A stretch of 62,806 nucleotides of DNA from a virus (Duplodnaviria > Caudoviricetes). Positions 44,575-55,550 of the stretch are shown here, piece by piece. A program made the position numbers and the translations under genes. Location: IMG/VR virus record IMGVR_UViG_3300028840_002499, positions 1 through 62,806 of that record; one strand, given 5' to 3'. Every line of letters starts with the position of its first letter. Within the stretch, counting starts at the first letter, position 1. The notes under the pieces were generated by a model. The model worked only from the letters and a program-made list of their open reading frames with translations, made no database searches and was not told where the DNA came from.

Positions 44575-45797
44575 TAGCTAACACCTAACTTAGCAAGATA
44601 TTGTGGAAGTTCACTAATTCCAACGCCATTCATCGACAATCCGTATGGAGCATTAAAAGTAACATCCTCCAGAAACATAGCTCTTGGATCATCTTTTTTA
44701 TTGACTGTGCTTGTAAATCGTCCAGGCAACCAATCGCCAAGGAATAACCACTTGCCAGCCTCAACGTCCCAAGGGTCAACTACATTTCCAACTGAGTTAC
44801 CAGTAGAGTACCGTCTAATCTTTTGATCTCTACTCGATATCCTATACAAGTAATCAAACTCATCAGGAATACTCTTATAAACAACTTTTTGTTCATCGAA
44901 AACACCGAAAATACGCCTTGTATCATCTGTGTCGTTTCCTCTTTCAACCATCTTTTCTATGATGGTTTGTGCAGTTCTATTGTCGTTATCGTAAACTGGA
45001 GTTAGCAAACTATTTGTTTCGATACCGGAATAATTTGTGCTAAAAATTCCAGTAGGATCAGCGCCCAGAACAGATTGCATTTTAGCAGAAACTGTTGTGG
45101 TTCCAGTTAGGATTGTAGAATAAATATAAAGATTGAGCCAAGCGTAATAGCCTAAAACTTCAAGCTGTATAGTTGCTTCTCCAGCATTCCCAAGACTCAA
45201 CCCTTTGTCGCCGGTTCCAGGTTCCCTGTTCTCATCCAAGTACCTATCTCGATAATCTTCCGCTTCATCAGTAGTACCATCATCTAGCAGTTGACCACCG
45301 GAAAGTACCTTTTCGATAATACCGTACTTTTCTTGACTGGAACTATCCTCTGCAATTACGGTGCTTTTCTCTGCACCTGTTAGTGGTGGAGAAACTGACA
45401 CGTCGATGATTGGAGTATAAATCACACTGCAACGGTTACACAGATCAACCAGTGGCCCTCTGCTAGCGGACAAAGTTCCAGACGATAAGGTAACTCGATT
45501 GACAAAACCAGCCATGATAACCCCACCAGCCTTGTTGTAAACTTCGATATGAACTCCAAGTCCTTCATCGTACCACTTATCGAGGTATCCCATTATTGGG
45601 CCAGTTATCGAAATACCAACAGACTTGTACCCCCATTTCGAGTTTTTAGAATGTGAATAACTGACAAGTCTATTTATCATCGACTTATCAAACTCTTGCC
45701 CACGTGGTTCATAAGAACCCGCAGATGGATTTACTGTAGGTTTGAAAGCGGAAATAGAAATACCGTTTTGAGTAAAGAAACTACCAATTTGACTCAC
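44574..45797 (-). CDS. Tail/baseplate hub protein
   Basis: Second gene after the tape measure; 'SQEKYGIIEK' Tal-like motif. Confidence 0.6.
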   Translation of the reverse strand: MSQIGSFFTQNGISISAFKPTVNPSAGSYEPRGQEFDKSMINRLVSYSHSKNSKWGYKSVGISITGPIMGYLDKWYDEGLGVHIEVYNKAGGVIMAGFVNRVTLSSGTLSASRGPLVDLCNRCSVIYTPIIDVSVSPPLTGAEKSTVIAEDSSSQEKYGIIEKVLSGGQLLDDGTTDEAEDYRDRYLDENREPGTGDKGLSLGNAGEATIQLEVLGYYAWLNLYIYSTILTGTTTVSAKMQSVLGADPTGIFSTNYSGIETNSLLTPVYDNDNRTAQTIIEKMVERGNDTDDTRRIFGVFDEQKVVYKSIPDEFDYLYRISSRDQKIRRYSTGNSVGNVVDPWDVEAGKWLFLGDWLPGRFTSTVNKKDDPRAMFLEDVTFNAPYGLSMNGVGISELPQYLAKLGVS

Positions 45798-47824
45798 TGT
45801 TCCCCTCTAAGTGTTTTGTATCTCTGATTGCGCCATGCCCTTGCAGTAACAGCAGAGTGGAAGATACCGGAATACTCGATTTCACCACCAGTGAAGTAGT
45901 TGTAATTATATAACAGGAAAAACCACAATCGTTGGGCTTTTCCATGTTGCCAGTAAATTTCACCAGGAGTTCGAGTTTGCCAAGCAGTAATGTATTTTTT
46001 GCTAGTTCCATCTAACAACTCGGACAACAGCACTGTTTCAACGTCAACCTTCGGTCTTGTAATACTATCTGGATTTAGCAGATCGTTGATGTTGAATAAG
46101 TCCTCAATTGGAGTGGCATTAACAACTTGAGTGTCAAACAAGCACTCATCGATTGGTATTAGAACCAGATCGTAAACTGACACGTTACTAGCACCACCGT
46201 CATCTACACCCCAAACAGTGATGAACACATCATAGTCATAATCGCTATACTCTGAGCTTGCAGGTGGAATATCTACAATTCCCATATCAAGTGTTTGAAA
46301 CAGTGCGACATTAGCAGTAGTTGAACATCGTTTCCATTCTGTAAAATAAGAGATCGAGCCAAAAGCACCAGAGCCAAAACCTAACCTAAGTTCCATATCA
46401 CCAAGAGTTCCAGCTTGTGTCACTCTTAGGAAAGCACGATACTTTCCAGAGTACTGCCTTGATGTTGGATCAGAAAGTGTCCAGTACCCGATAGTAGACC
46501 CAGGTCGAGGTACAACACCACCGGATGACCAACGAGAAAAGCGATAGAACGGCACATAAATATTTGTTTGTGTAGCTCCAGAAACATTTGTCCAACTAAT
46601 ACCAGATGGAGTTGCGCTATTGTAAGTGTTTAGAAATGCTTGAAAACCAGAGCCGCGATCAAGAGAGCGAGTTCCAGCAACTACTTGAGTTCCTTGCACT
46701 ATGAACGCAGTATTGAAACTATTAGTTGAATCTCTTCTCCAGAATTCCAATTTCGATTGAGCGGGATAAGTACCGGCAATCTGGTCATCATCCAATTCTA
46801 TAAACGAATTGTTATTGGTATAAATTGCATCCGTTTGTTGCGTTGGGGAAATCGGAGCAGCAACGCCTGTAATCCTAAACCTAATCCACCAAGCAGTAAC
46901 ACCGTTGATAGCTCGACTTTGCCAAGGAGTTGCACCACCAACAGGATCAAATACAATTATGTTTCTACCGGAGTTAGTAAAAAAGCTAGTATTGTCTTGA
47001 TACCCATAACCTACAACTGGCAAAGCAGAAAAGCCAATTGCAGTTGAGTATTCAGCAACAATTGTCAACCCACTAGCAACAGTTCCAATATTGAACACCA
47101 TGTTACTAAATGGTGAATTAACCCCATCATCTTCAACACCGATATAAAGTATATCGCCAGCAGCAGGTACAGCGGGGAACAGGTTCACTCCATATGATCC
47201 TGTTATATTAGTCCAAGTGACCGGAGCAGCATCATAAACAAAGATATGCGTCAACTCGCAGTTGTCATAGTAATTCGATAACCACACATCTTTTCTACTT
47301 GTACTTGCTGCTATCGCTGAATTCCCACCAGTAATTTCAATAGAACTGGCTGTCCCAGGTTCATTCTCCAGCCATAATCCATGTTCAATGATTAAGGATA
47401 TATCCTGTAGTGTTCCAGAGCCGGAGAAAAGTCCTGCAAATATCTCACTAACTCCAGGAATGGAGTAATCCATTACAAGGGCGTATTGTGACTCGTCTTG
47501 GCATTCTGGACGAACTTCGAGCCATACCATTTCGTCACTTTCATCAGCAGTCCAATAGTCAACACCCTTATCCAACAACTTGATTAACAAGTTCAGTGTT
47601 GCAACGGTATCCGTTTGATTGCCAGTGGCAATATTGAGAATGAAGGTATCGATGATATTGTCGAACTGTTTATCGTACAATTGACGACCTTGAGTAAAAG
47701 ATGAGCCAGTCCAGAAACCACCATCCTTTGCGGTAGCAAGTTGTGGCAACCATTCTTTCAACATCCAAAGGATGTCAATAGTTCCAGCCTTAGTTCCATC
47801 TGTGATGATAAACTTTGACCACAT
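45794..47824 (-). CDS. Distal tail protein-like with inserted domain
   Basis: Immediately after the tape measure gene. Confidence 0.6.
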   Translation of the reverse strand: MWSKFIITDGTKAGTIDILWMLKEWLPQLATAKDGGFWTGSSFTQGRQLYDKQFDNIIDTFILNIATGNQTDTVATLNLLIKLLDKGVDYWTADESDEMVWLEVRPECQDESQYALVMDYSIPGVSEIFAGLFSGSGTLQDISLIIEHGLWLENEPGTASSIEITGGNSAIAASTSRKDVWLSNYYDNCELTHIFVYDAAPVTWTNITGSYGVNLFPAVPAAGDILYIGVEDDGVNSPFSNMVFNIGTVASGLTIVAEYSTAIGFSALPVVGYGYQDNTSFFTNSGRNIIVFDPVGGATPWQSRAINGVTAWWIRFRITGVAAPISPTQQTDAIYTNNNSFIELDDDQIAGTYPAQSKLEFWRRDSTNSFNTAFIVQGTQVVAGTRSLDRGSGFQAFLNTYNSATPSGISWTNVSGATQTNIYVPFYRFSRWSSGGVVPRPGSTIGYWTLSDPTSRQYSGKYRAFLRVTQAGTLGDMELRLGFGSGAFGSISYFTEWKRCSTTANVALFQTLDMGIVDIPPASSEYSDYDYDVFITVWGVDDGGASNVSVYDLVLIPIDECLFDTQVVNATPIEDLFNINDLLNPDSITRPKVDVETVLLSELLDGTSKKYITAWQTRTPGEIYWQHGKAQRLWFFLLYNYNYFTGGEIEYSGIFHSAVTARAWRNQRYKTLRGEQ

Positions 47825-47826
47825 TT

Positions 47827-50637
47827 CTACACTCCCGCAAACTGTTCTTGTATGACTTGATTGAACATGACCCTAAATGTTGCCATGTCCATAGGTGATT
47901 GAATATTGTTTTGCTGATTGACATTCATAACTCGATTGTGCGATGGTGCAATAATCGATTGTCCTCGACTGGCATTGAATACATTTGATGAACTAAGCCC
48001 GTTCAATTCGGCAACAGCCATTCTTGTACCAATCAAGTTCCTTTGAAATTCTTTCATCTGTGCATTGACAAGTTTCAATCCTTCTGCCATCGGAACAGGT
48101 GATTGTTTTGTGACATCCTTGTAAGATGGCATCTCAAGAATACGCTTTTTAATAGCATCCAATAAATCTCTAAACCTTCGTAGTTGGTCAAGTATAAATA
48201 CAAGGCCAATTCTCAGACCAATCATAGCGAGTTTCCAAAGATTAGTAGCATATTCAACAAGGTCAATCTTAGTTTTAACTTCATCAAGTTTCTTGATAAA
48301 AAATGTCTTGATAAACAAGTATAACAAACCCATTGTTTGATGGTAGAGTTCCCAAGCGGGGGTGGCAGACAAAGTTAGAAGTTCCCAAATATCATTAATT
48401 GCACCCCATACTTCTACCAAAACAGGAGTAAACAATGCTTTTAGAAATGTCCACACTGCAGTAAGGTTTGTTGTAAATGTAGTCCATGCAGCAGGTAGTG
48501 TCTCAGAAACCCATACTTTTATATTCTCAAATACTGGTGCTAATTTTTCATCATAAAATTGTTTTGCAATCCCAATAAAGTTTTGCCATGCAGCACTAAC
48601 CTCTTGAATAGCAGGCCCAAACGCTTCTTGGAACTGTTGTTTTACAGTAGCCTTTACTTCTTCCCACTTTTGCAGGAATGCTTGTTTAGCAGCTTCGACT
48701 GCCTCCCTCATTTTATCCTTGATAGCATCTGTGTCAATTTCAAATCCAGCACCAGTCGGAGGTTCACCACCAGCACCGACACCAGCACCACCAGTGCCAG
48801 CTGTAGTTCCAGGGACAATAGCCATTTTTGCAAGATCAAGCAATTGTTTTACCATCTCGCCTTGCAGTTTGACCTGTTCTTGCATAATTGCAAGAGTATC
48901 CTGTTTTTCTGCTAAATCTGCCTCTGCTGCAGTTTTTTGTTCACGTGCTAAAACAGCCTGTTCTTCTGCAGCATTAATCTGTGCAAGTTGATTTTTTAGA
49001 AGTTCGTCACTAGCTCCACCCCTCAACATTGCATTATATTCGTTAGTTAGATTTCTGACAGACTGTTCTGCACCTTTTTGATCTTCTAGTGCTTCGTTCA
49101 ATCTCTCCTGTGCATCGGCAACTTCGTTAGTAGCACCAGCAAGTTCAACCTCACCACGAACTAAATCTGCAATCTCATTGCCAAACTGTCCAGCCTGTTT
49201 AGCAATTCTATTAAACAATCCATCACCGGCAGAGTCCCCAGAAAGTGCCTTTGCAATGTCTTCCGAAAGACCAAGGAACACCTCACTTGCTTCAAGTCTT
49301 GTCTTTTGACCAGTGCTAACCATTAGATCAAAAGCAGATTTCAAAGGTGATTGAATACTCTTCAAAATTCCAAAGTCAGCGGACGTAAACCCTTTTAGGT
49401 ATTCCGTCATTGCACCAATACCCCACTTGATAATATCTGGTGCAACTCGTGGTGGTGATCCTGGAGCAAGCCATCCAGCTAGAACACTACCCAGGTAATT
49501 TATTGCTTGTACTAAAACACTCGCAGCCGCATCTATAATACCCTGTGCAAAGTTGACAACCAACTCATAGCCCCATTCAAAAGCGGATTGAACAGAGTCA
49601 CCAAACGTTGTCTGTAAACTGGCTAAGAAGTTGATAACGGCGTTAGTTCCTTTTGTGGCTAGACTGGCAAGTGCCTCAGTAATAATATCGGCAATTGCAC
49701 CCAATTTGACCATAGTAGGATAGAGCGCACCACCCTCAGAGATAGCAGCAGTAAAACTCTTGACCACTTCACGTGCAGCCTTGGCAACATTCAAAAACGC
49801 TCCTTGGAATGGTGCGCCAATGGCATTCTTAAGTGTTGGAATTTCACGGCCCGACAGAGAGCGCATTTGCTTACCTGCGCTCTCCATCGCAGTTTCGTAA
49901 ACTCCAGCAACCATAGCACCCTCTTCAATGACTGCATTGTAAGCGGCTTGTTGTTTTTCAACTTGTGTAAGTTCCCTTCCAACAATCCCCATCGATGCAG
50001 CATATTTTTCGTAAGACGTACTAAGATCAACATTAGCACCGGCATATCGGAGGGTGACAGGTGACAATCTTTGAATACCAAGCATCAAACGATCCAGGGT
50101 TTCAGACGAATCAGCACCGTCTTGAGAGATTACAGCTAAGTTCTGTGCAACTTTACCTAGCTCCAGACCAAGCGCAGGGTCCATCTCCATTCTCACTAAC
50201 TGTGCAATAGTTTTGTTGGCAACGTCAGCACGAATACCAGCATCTTGCATTTCTTGACCTAATGCGTGTACTTCATCAGATGTCATTCCAACTCTTTGTC
50301 CCATGAGTTGAGCAACCATATCTAATTCTTGCCAACGTGACGCAAGTACAACAGACTCGGCAATGAAGTCTCTCGTTGCAGTAATCATTCCCATGAAAAC
50401 TTCGATAACTTTTTTACCGATTGCCACAACACCAAGTAGAGCAGCACCAGCCGCGATTGCACCCCCAGAAACACCAGTGCCAAGAATGCCACCAAGTTCT
50501 TTTCCGGCACTCGTCATTTGAGTACTAGAATCCTTTGTGGCACTTAGGGCATCTTGCATTCCCTGTTTGTAAATTTGCAATCCAGCTTTGAACTCTTTAG
50601 TTTCAAATACTGCTTGTAAACCAGTCTTTTCTACCAT
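47827..50637 (-). CDS. Tape measure protein
   Basis: 936 aa, Ala-rich helical with periodic Trp/Phe; follows the chaperones. Confidence 0.9.
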   Translation of the reverse strand: MVEKTGLQAVFETKEFKAGLQIYKQGMQDALSATKDSSTQMTSAGKELGGILGTGVSGGAIAAGAALLGVVAIGKKVIEVFMGMITATRDFIAESVVLASRWQELDMVAQLMGQRVGMTSDEVHALGQEMQDAGIRADVANKTIAQLVRMEMDPALGLELGKVAQNLAVISQDGADSSETLDRLMLGIQRLSPVTLRYAGANVDLSTSYEKYAASMGIVGRELTQVEKQQAAYNAVIEEGAMVAGVYETAMESAGKQMRSLSGREIPTLKNAIGAPFQGAFLNVAKAAREVVKSFTAAISEGGALYPTMVKLGAIADIITEALASLATKGTNAVINFLASLQTTFGDSVQSAFEWGYELVVNFAQGIIDAAASVLVQAINYLGSVLAGWLAPGSPPRVAPDIIKWGIGAMTEYLKGFTSADFGILKSIQSPLKSAFDLMVSTGQKTRLEASEVFLGLSEDIAKALSGDSAGDGLFNRIAKQAGQFGNEIADLVRGEVELAGATNEVADAQERLNEALEDQKGAEQSVRNLTNEYNAMLRGGASDELLKNQLAQINAAEEQAVLAREQKTAAEADLAEKQDTLAIMQEQVKLQGEMVKQLLDLAKMAIVPGTTAGTGGAGVGAGGEPPTGAGFEIDTDAIKDKMREAVEAAKQAFLQKWEEVKATVKQQFQEAFGPAIQEVSAAWQNFIGIAKQFYDEKLAPVFENIKVWVSETLPAAWTTFTTNLTAVWTFLKALFTPVLVEVWGAINDIWELLTLSATPAWELYHQTMGLLYLFIKTFFIKKLDEVKTKIDLVEYATNLWKLAMIGLRIGLVFILDQLRRFRDLLDAIKKRILEMPSYKDVTKQSPVPMAEGLKLVNAQMKEFQRNLIGTRMAVAELNGLSSSNVFNASRGQSIIAPSHNRVMNVNQQNNIQSPMDMATFRVMFNQVIQEQFAGV

Positions 50638-50640
50638 TGC

Positions 50641-50925
50641 CTATCTGCCTCTAAACTGTCGTCCTGATTGTGACGAACTTCGCCTAGTTGATCTTCTCAT
50701 TTCCTCTTCTTGAATCTGTGCATCGTAGATTTGTATTTCTGCTTTAGCTTGCAAGAGTGCCATCGCATAAGCCTTATCAATTTCACTCCATTTTGTCCAA
50801 AACTCAGTGGGTCTTACTTGCCATTGCAATGCCACTTCCATTTCTGTAAATCTTTGATTATGACTCCATTTCCCCTGTTTCAACTTCAAGTTCTTTAAGG
50901 GTGTTCCCTGATACAGCAAGCCGAA
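50641..50925 (-). CDS. Tail assembly chaperone, frameshift extension (gpT-like)
   Basis: +1 frame open across TCA-TTT-CGG of the upstream gene; ends 3 nt before the TMP start. Confidence 0.55.
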   Translation of the reverse strand, partial: FGLLYQGTPLKNLKLKQGKWSHNQRFTEMEVALQWQVRPTEFWTKWSEIDKAYAMALLQAKAEIQIYDAQIQEEEMRRSTRRSSSQSGRQFRGR

Positions 50926-51433
50926 ATGATTCTTTCGCGTCTTGCACGACCTCTGGAGAAACACCACTAGCTTCGATTACCTTACTCATGATTTCAATGA
51001 TGTCCTCATTGTCACCAAGGATTTCAGTTTCGATGTAATGAACTTTCAGTGCGGGTTTACTGGTTGGCAATTCAATTCCAAGATACTCCTGTTCCTCTTT
51101 CCAGTCCTCGAATTTCTTACCTTTCAGCTCAATGTCAATCCCTTTGAGCAGGATAACTTTCATCATTCTTTCGTTTTCGTCATCCTGTGCTTTTTCTAGT
51201 GCAGTCTGATAATCTGCCCACGCTTTTTTATCTTCTGGAGTTTCTAGCGTGGTTTCATCATGAGGGTGATACTCGATTTCACCACCAGCAGTTTCAGTTT
51301 CATACATGGGTATTTCAGGCCATTCAATACTCTTACTTGCCTTGTCCATAAGGTGAGGTGGAATTGACTTAATTTTTAATTTGTAACCGTTTCTTGTAGT
51401 ATGAAAAATATCCTTACTTTTTTCTTGTGCCAT
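50858..51433 (-). CDS. Tail assembly chaperone (gpG-like)
   Basis: Between tail tube and TMP; GGGAG RBS before MAQEKS. Confidence 0.7.
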   Translation of the reverse strand: MAQEKSKDIFHTTRNGYKLKIKSIPPHLMDKASKSIEWPEIPMYETETAGGEIEYHPHDETTLETPEDKKAWADYQTALEKAQDDENERMMKVILLKGIDIELKGKKFEDWKEEQEYLGIELPTSKPALKVHYIETEILGDNEDIIEIMSKVIEASGVSPEVVQDAKESFRLAVSGNTLKELEVETGEMES

Positions 51434-51554
51434 GATATTTGCTCCCTTGCAAATTGTGAGGCAGCCATCAAACGGGTCAGGGAGCAACCCCCGTTCAATG
51501 GCTGGCTCTCTATTCAAATCGCAGTAACTTGCTCCCTAGCGATTAGAACACAAC

Positions 51555-53009
51555 TTAGAAATCTCCTACAGTGTAAATCTTATTGCAGTTGCAAACGTGG
51601 ACATCATAGAGAGGCCCAACGCCAGGAGGTAAACTCTGAGTAACCCAAGTCCACCCACCGTTTATGGTTCTGAACAAACTGCCAACAGTTCCACCGGTAG
51701 AGATGTGAGTTATGTAACCGACATAATCGTTGCAGAATTTTATTGATTGAATCTCACCAGTTGCAGAACCTGGGTAAGATCGTTCAAACCAGGAATCACC
51801 TCCATCGTTAGTGAAATACAAGTTCCCATTGTCATAACCAATCCAAACTCGATTACGATCTAGTGCAAACACAGCTTGTACAGTGTTCAATGTTTCTGCA
51901 GGTGGAGCAGTAATTGAACTCCAGTTCTCCCCATCAGTAGTTTTCAAGATTGTATTGTTAGCACCAACGGCATAACCAACCTTGTCTGATGAAAAGTGAA
52001 CAGCGTACAAGTCTTGAGTTGTTGTTGCACCACTCTCTTGTGCAGTCCAAGTTAGTCCAGCGTCATCTGAGAAGTAGATATATCCACCAGTAGTGACAAG
52101 CCAGATGTTTGAACTATTCCAAGCAAACATCGGATTTCCACGACCGATTGCATATTGACCATTTACAGAACCAACGTCTACATTAGTCCACGTTGCGCCT
52201 CTATCATCACTGTAACCAATTTCAGCGGGGTTCAATCCATCCAAAACACCACGAGCGGCAATAACACGAAACGAGTTCTTAGCAATCTGAACGTCAACAA
52301 TTCCAGAAACATCCTCATGTGACTGGAACGGATTAGTTGCAGTTGGATACCAGACAAGGCCAGCGTCATCAGTGTAATAGACATTCGTTGGAGAACCAAC
52401 AAGTCCAGTTACACCAATGTACCCATCCTGACAGGCAGAGTGAATATTTCCACATTGACCATAGCATTTTCTTGAGCCGGAGAAAGCAACAGTCAATGCA
52501 ATTTGACCGACAACACTAACAATGTTCTGTTTACCGGTTGCCATTGGAAAGACACGATGCATGGTCTTTGCAGCCACATCAAACGACTGCATAGACCGAT
52601 CTTGATCATCTGGAGTCATTATCGCAACAGATGACATTGTATCGTTTGTGATCATAGCCTTGTCGAGGATTACTGTCCTATCCCAATTGTCAAAAACATC
52701 TTTGCGCCCACAAAGTACTTGATGGACATAAATTGGAACTGGACAGTCTACAACCTCAAGCCAATCGGCACTTGATCTAAGTACAGACTGTATAGAAGTC
52801 TCGACCGGACTAGGGCCACCGGATGAGTAAATATCCAATGGTATGAATTTATTTGGATGTTCAACATCAGGAATCAGAACAAGGTTAGCATCACCTCTTG
52901 ACCTTCCGATTTCTCCTAACGTATGGCATCCTAGATAGTAGGGCTGAGTGTTGGGGCCGTCTGGTTGTAACCAGATAGCCCCCGCACCAGCAAGAAAACT
53001 CTTAGCCAT
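51555..53009 (-). CDS. Tail-tube-like protein 2 with BNR/Ycf48-type beta-propeller
   Basis: Paralog of 53035..54483; repeated S/T.D.G.TW Asp-boxes. Confidence 0.65.
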   Translation of the reverse strand: MAKSFLAGAGAIWLQPDGPNTQPYYLGCHTLGEIGRSRGDANLVLIPDVEHPNKFIPLDIYSSGGPSPVETSIQSVLRSSADWLEVVDCPVPIYVHQVLCGRKDVFDNWDRTVILDKAMITNDTMSSVAIMTPDDQDRSMQSFDVAAKTMHRVFPMATGKQNIVSVVGQIALTVAFSGSRKCYGQCGNIHSACQDGYIGVTGLVGSPTNVYYTDDAGLVWYPTATNPFQSHEDVSGIVDVQIAKNSFRVIAARGVLDGLNPAEIGYSDDRGATWTNVDVGSVNGQYAIGRGNPMFAWNSSNIWLVTTGGYIYFSDDAGLTWTAQESGATTTQDLYAVHFSSDKVGYAVGANNTILKTTDGENWSSITAPPAETLNTVQAVFALDRNRVWIGYDNGNLYFTNDGGDSWFERSYPGSATGEIQSIKFCNDYVGYITHISTGGTVGSLFRTINGGWTWVTQSLPPGVGPLYDVHVCNCNKIYTVGDF

Positions 53010-53034
53010 TTATGCCTCCTTCTGGCACGAATGA

Positions 53035-54483
53035 CTAGTTCGATGCCTTGACAATCATTGCGGTTCCACCTTGCAGTTCACCAACTGAAAACAGTTCGTT
53101 ATCACCGCAAACTTGAATCGCATTCAACCCACTATTGGTAGGCGTAGTAATGGTTTGCCAAGAGTAGCCACCATCGATAGTTCGGTACAGAACGTCAGCA
53201 GAACTTCCACCGACTAAGAAAGCATAAAGTTCATTTGCGAACTCAATACTAGGAACGGAAGAGCCAAAGTCCTGTCGAAGTGTCCAAGTTGTTCCACCAT
53301 CAAGAGAGTAATACAACTCCCCATCATCGGTTCCAACCCAGATACGGTTACGATCAACCATAGCGATAGATTGAATATCACCACCGCCACCGGTAGCAGT
53401 CACAACAGACCAAGTGTCACCACCGTCAACGGTTTTCAAAATCACATCACCAGCACCACCAGCAAACCCAACATTTGCATCAATGAAAAACACAGCGTAG
53501 AGATCAGCGGCAGTAGCAGTGCCATCTTCTTGCAGTGTCCATGTTGCACCACCATTGGATGAATAACCAATGTTGCCACCTTCGAGGACTACCCAGATGT
53601 TGTTAGGATCAAGAGCAAACAAGGCATTGCCACCGAGCGCACCAATGTTGTTCGCAGTGGGAATGTCAGATAACGTCCAAGTTGCACCATTATCATCCGA
53701 ATACGCAGCCTCCGCATTATCAGCAGCGTCCGACTCACGAACACAAAGAATGCGAGTGGTATCCTTGTCAATCGGGAAACAGACTACAGATAGAATGTCC
53801 TCATCAGCTGCGAATGGGTCAGCAGCAGTAGCAGCGAAACTTGCACCACGATCAGTTGACCGTAGAATGTGGGCAGTAACACCAGCACCAGCATCGTGAG
53901 CAGTAACCATGACATCACAAACGTCTGATCCCTCTCCACAATCACCAGCACACGCTTCATCGGAACAACTAGCAATACTGTTAGCAGCAACAGCCTCAGT
54001 TGTTGCCTTTCGTTGTCCTACAACTTCAAACCCTTTGAACAAGTCCTCACTAGCCATTGAGAATGTGTCGAGTACCTCATCCTGATTGTCTGGAGTACGA
54101 GCCGAAAGATTGGCAATTGCCTCAGTTGTGATGTAGGTTGCAGGAAGTGAATAGGCCCGTTCAAACACAAAAGTGTCTTTCCTTCCACATTTGTTCATAA
54201 GTACGTGAACTGGAACAGGACATTTCACCTTTTCTAGCCAATCGGCAGTTCTACCGACCTTCATCTCAATGTCAAAAGTGACAGCACCAGGAGCGGCTTG
54301 AGATGAGTTTTCAACCACGAACTTGTTTGGAGCAGATGGGTCAGGGCAATAGTAAAGAGTTACATCGCCCTTGGGAACATCGATACCTAATAGTTGGTGA
54401 CAACCAAGGTAACGAGGTTTGGTGTTAGCGCCATCTGGTTGAATAAAAATTGCGCCTTCACCTGCTAAATAAAAATCACTCAT
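53035..54483 (-). CDS. Tail-tube-like protein 1 with BNR/Ycf48-type beta-propeller
   Basis: At the major-tail position; shared 'LAG.GAI..QPDG.NT.P.YLGCH'; Asp-boxes. Confidence 0.65.
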   Translation of the reverse strand: MSDFYLAGEGAIFIQPDGANTKPRYLGCHQLLGIDVPKGDVTLYYCPDPSAPNKFVVENSSQAAPGAVTFDIEMKVGRTADWLEKVKCPVPVHVLMNKCGRKDTFVFERAYSLPATYITTEAIANLSARTPDNQDEVLDTFSMASEDLFKGFEVVGQRKATTEAVAANSIASCSDEACAGDCGEGSDVCDVMVTAHDAGAGVTAHILRSTDRGASFAATAADPFAADEDILSVVCFPIDKDTTRILCVRESDAADNAEAAYSDDNGATWTLSDIPTANNIGALGGNALFALDPNNIWVVLEGGNIGYSSNGGATWTLQEDGTATAADLYAVFFIDANVGFAGGAGDVILKTVDGGDTWSVVTATGGGGDIQSIAMVDRNRIWVGTDDGELYYSLDGGTTWTLRQDFGSSVPSIEFANELYAFLVGGSSADVLYRTIDGGYSWQTITTPTNSGLNAIQVCGDNELFSVGELQGGTAMIVKASN

Positions 54484-54498
54484 AGGAACCTCCTATTT

Positions 54499-55005
54499 TT
54501 ATCGTTTGTACGAATGTCCAGATTTTTTATTTGCGCGAGATATAGCTTGTTCAATCCTGCGCTTGTAAATGGGTTTCCATTTCTTTGAAATCACCTTGGA
54601 AAAGTTTCTAGCTTTTGTGCCAGGATGAATAACCCATTTTGCAAAAACGGTATCACCGGATGAGCCACCCGATCTTGAGCCGATCATGTTCGGAATAGTT
54701 TTCGGTCTATACCGTGATTTGAATGCTAGAACACCATCAGGTTTCTTTGGCTGAATAAGATGTTCTTTAGTTCCTCTGTCTACATATCCATAAACCTCGT
54801 TATCAGTTGCAACTAAGATGTCAACCGACTTGGGGCCAACGGCAATAATAGTTTCAAACTTTACTTTAGTATCCCAAGTAGCAACAGTTTTCTTGAAATC
54901 CTTTTCGATGTCTTTTGCGGTTTTCTTAGCAACTTTTTCAAATTCATCAAAAAACACCTTGTCGTTGAACTTCTTGGGTTGAATAGGCTTGACAACTAGA
55001 ACCAT
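54499..55005 (-). CDS. HK97 gp10-like neck/tail completion protein
   Basis: 'YVDRGTKEH.I.PK...L.F...V.HPGTKA'. Confidence 0.7.
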   Translation of the reverse strand: MVLVVKPIQPKKFNDKVFFDEFEKVAKKTAKDIEKDFKKTVATWDTKVKFETIIAVGPKSVDILVATDNEVYGYVDRGTKEHLIQPKKPDGVLAFKSRYRPKTIPNMIGSRSGGSSGDTVFAKWVIHPGTKARNFSKVISKKWKPIYKRRIEQAISRANKKSGHSYKR

Positions 55006-55550
55006 TATGCGTCCGGTGCTGCTAAGATTGAAAAGTTGCGAACATCGAATTTTTCACCAGCAAATAGCTGGATAATTCGAGTGACCACCTTTCCGTAAGT
55101 CCAAGTTCCAGGAATTGTAGGCAATCCTTGATTGGTGAAAAATGTATTTATCCTACTCACAACTTGTGATGAAATCCTAACGTTGAATCTTACTTCTTGA
55201 TTTTCATCGTAACTGATAGAAACTAATGGTACTAACTGATCACCAGCTTGAGTGTTAATGGTTTGCAGTCTTGATGTGGAACTTGCCACTAACAGACAGA
55301 ACCAGTTCCCAAGTCTACCGATCTTTACATAACCACCGGCACGTAATGGAACTTCTATGTCGTATGGTTCACCAAACCCAACAAATGCTTGAATTGTTTC
55401 TCCAGTAGGTTCCCCGTCTTCGTCTAAAATAGGCCGTTCTTCAAAGACTGGATCACGTGCTAGAGTAGTGACTATTTCTCCAGTATCGAAGTCCAGAGCA
55501 TTCACCACATCTTGTGCAATATCTTTATGTACTAGAATGTAAGCTAACAT
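55005..55550 (-). CDS. Hypothetical protein
   Basis: Coupled ORF. Confidence 0.55.
   Translation of the reverse strand: MLAYILVHKDIAQDVVNALDFDTGEIVTTLARDPVFEERPILDEDGEPTGETIQAFVGFGEPYDIEVPLRAGGYVKIGRLGNWFCLLVASSTSRLQTINTQAGDQLVPLVSISYDENQEVRFNVRISSQVVSRINTFFTNQGLPTIPGTWTYGKVVTRIIQLFAGEKFDVRNFSILAAPDA

Noticed and set aside
50866-50877. -1 slippery site GGGGAAA in the tail chaperone
   Set aside because: Not phased as X XXY YYZ, and a -1 shift would not enter the downstream ORF, which is in the +1 frame
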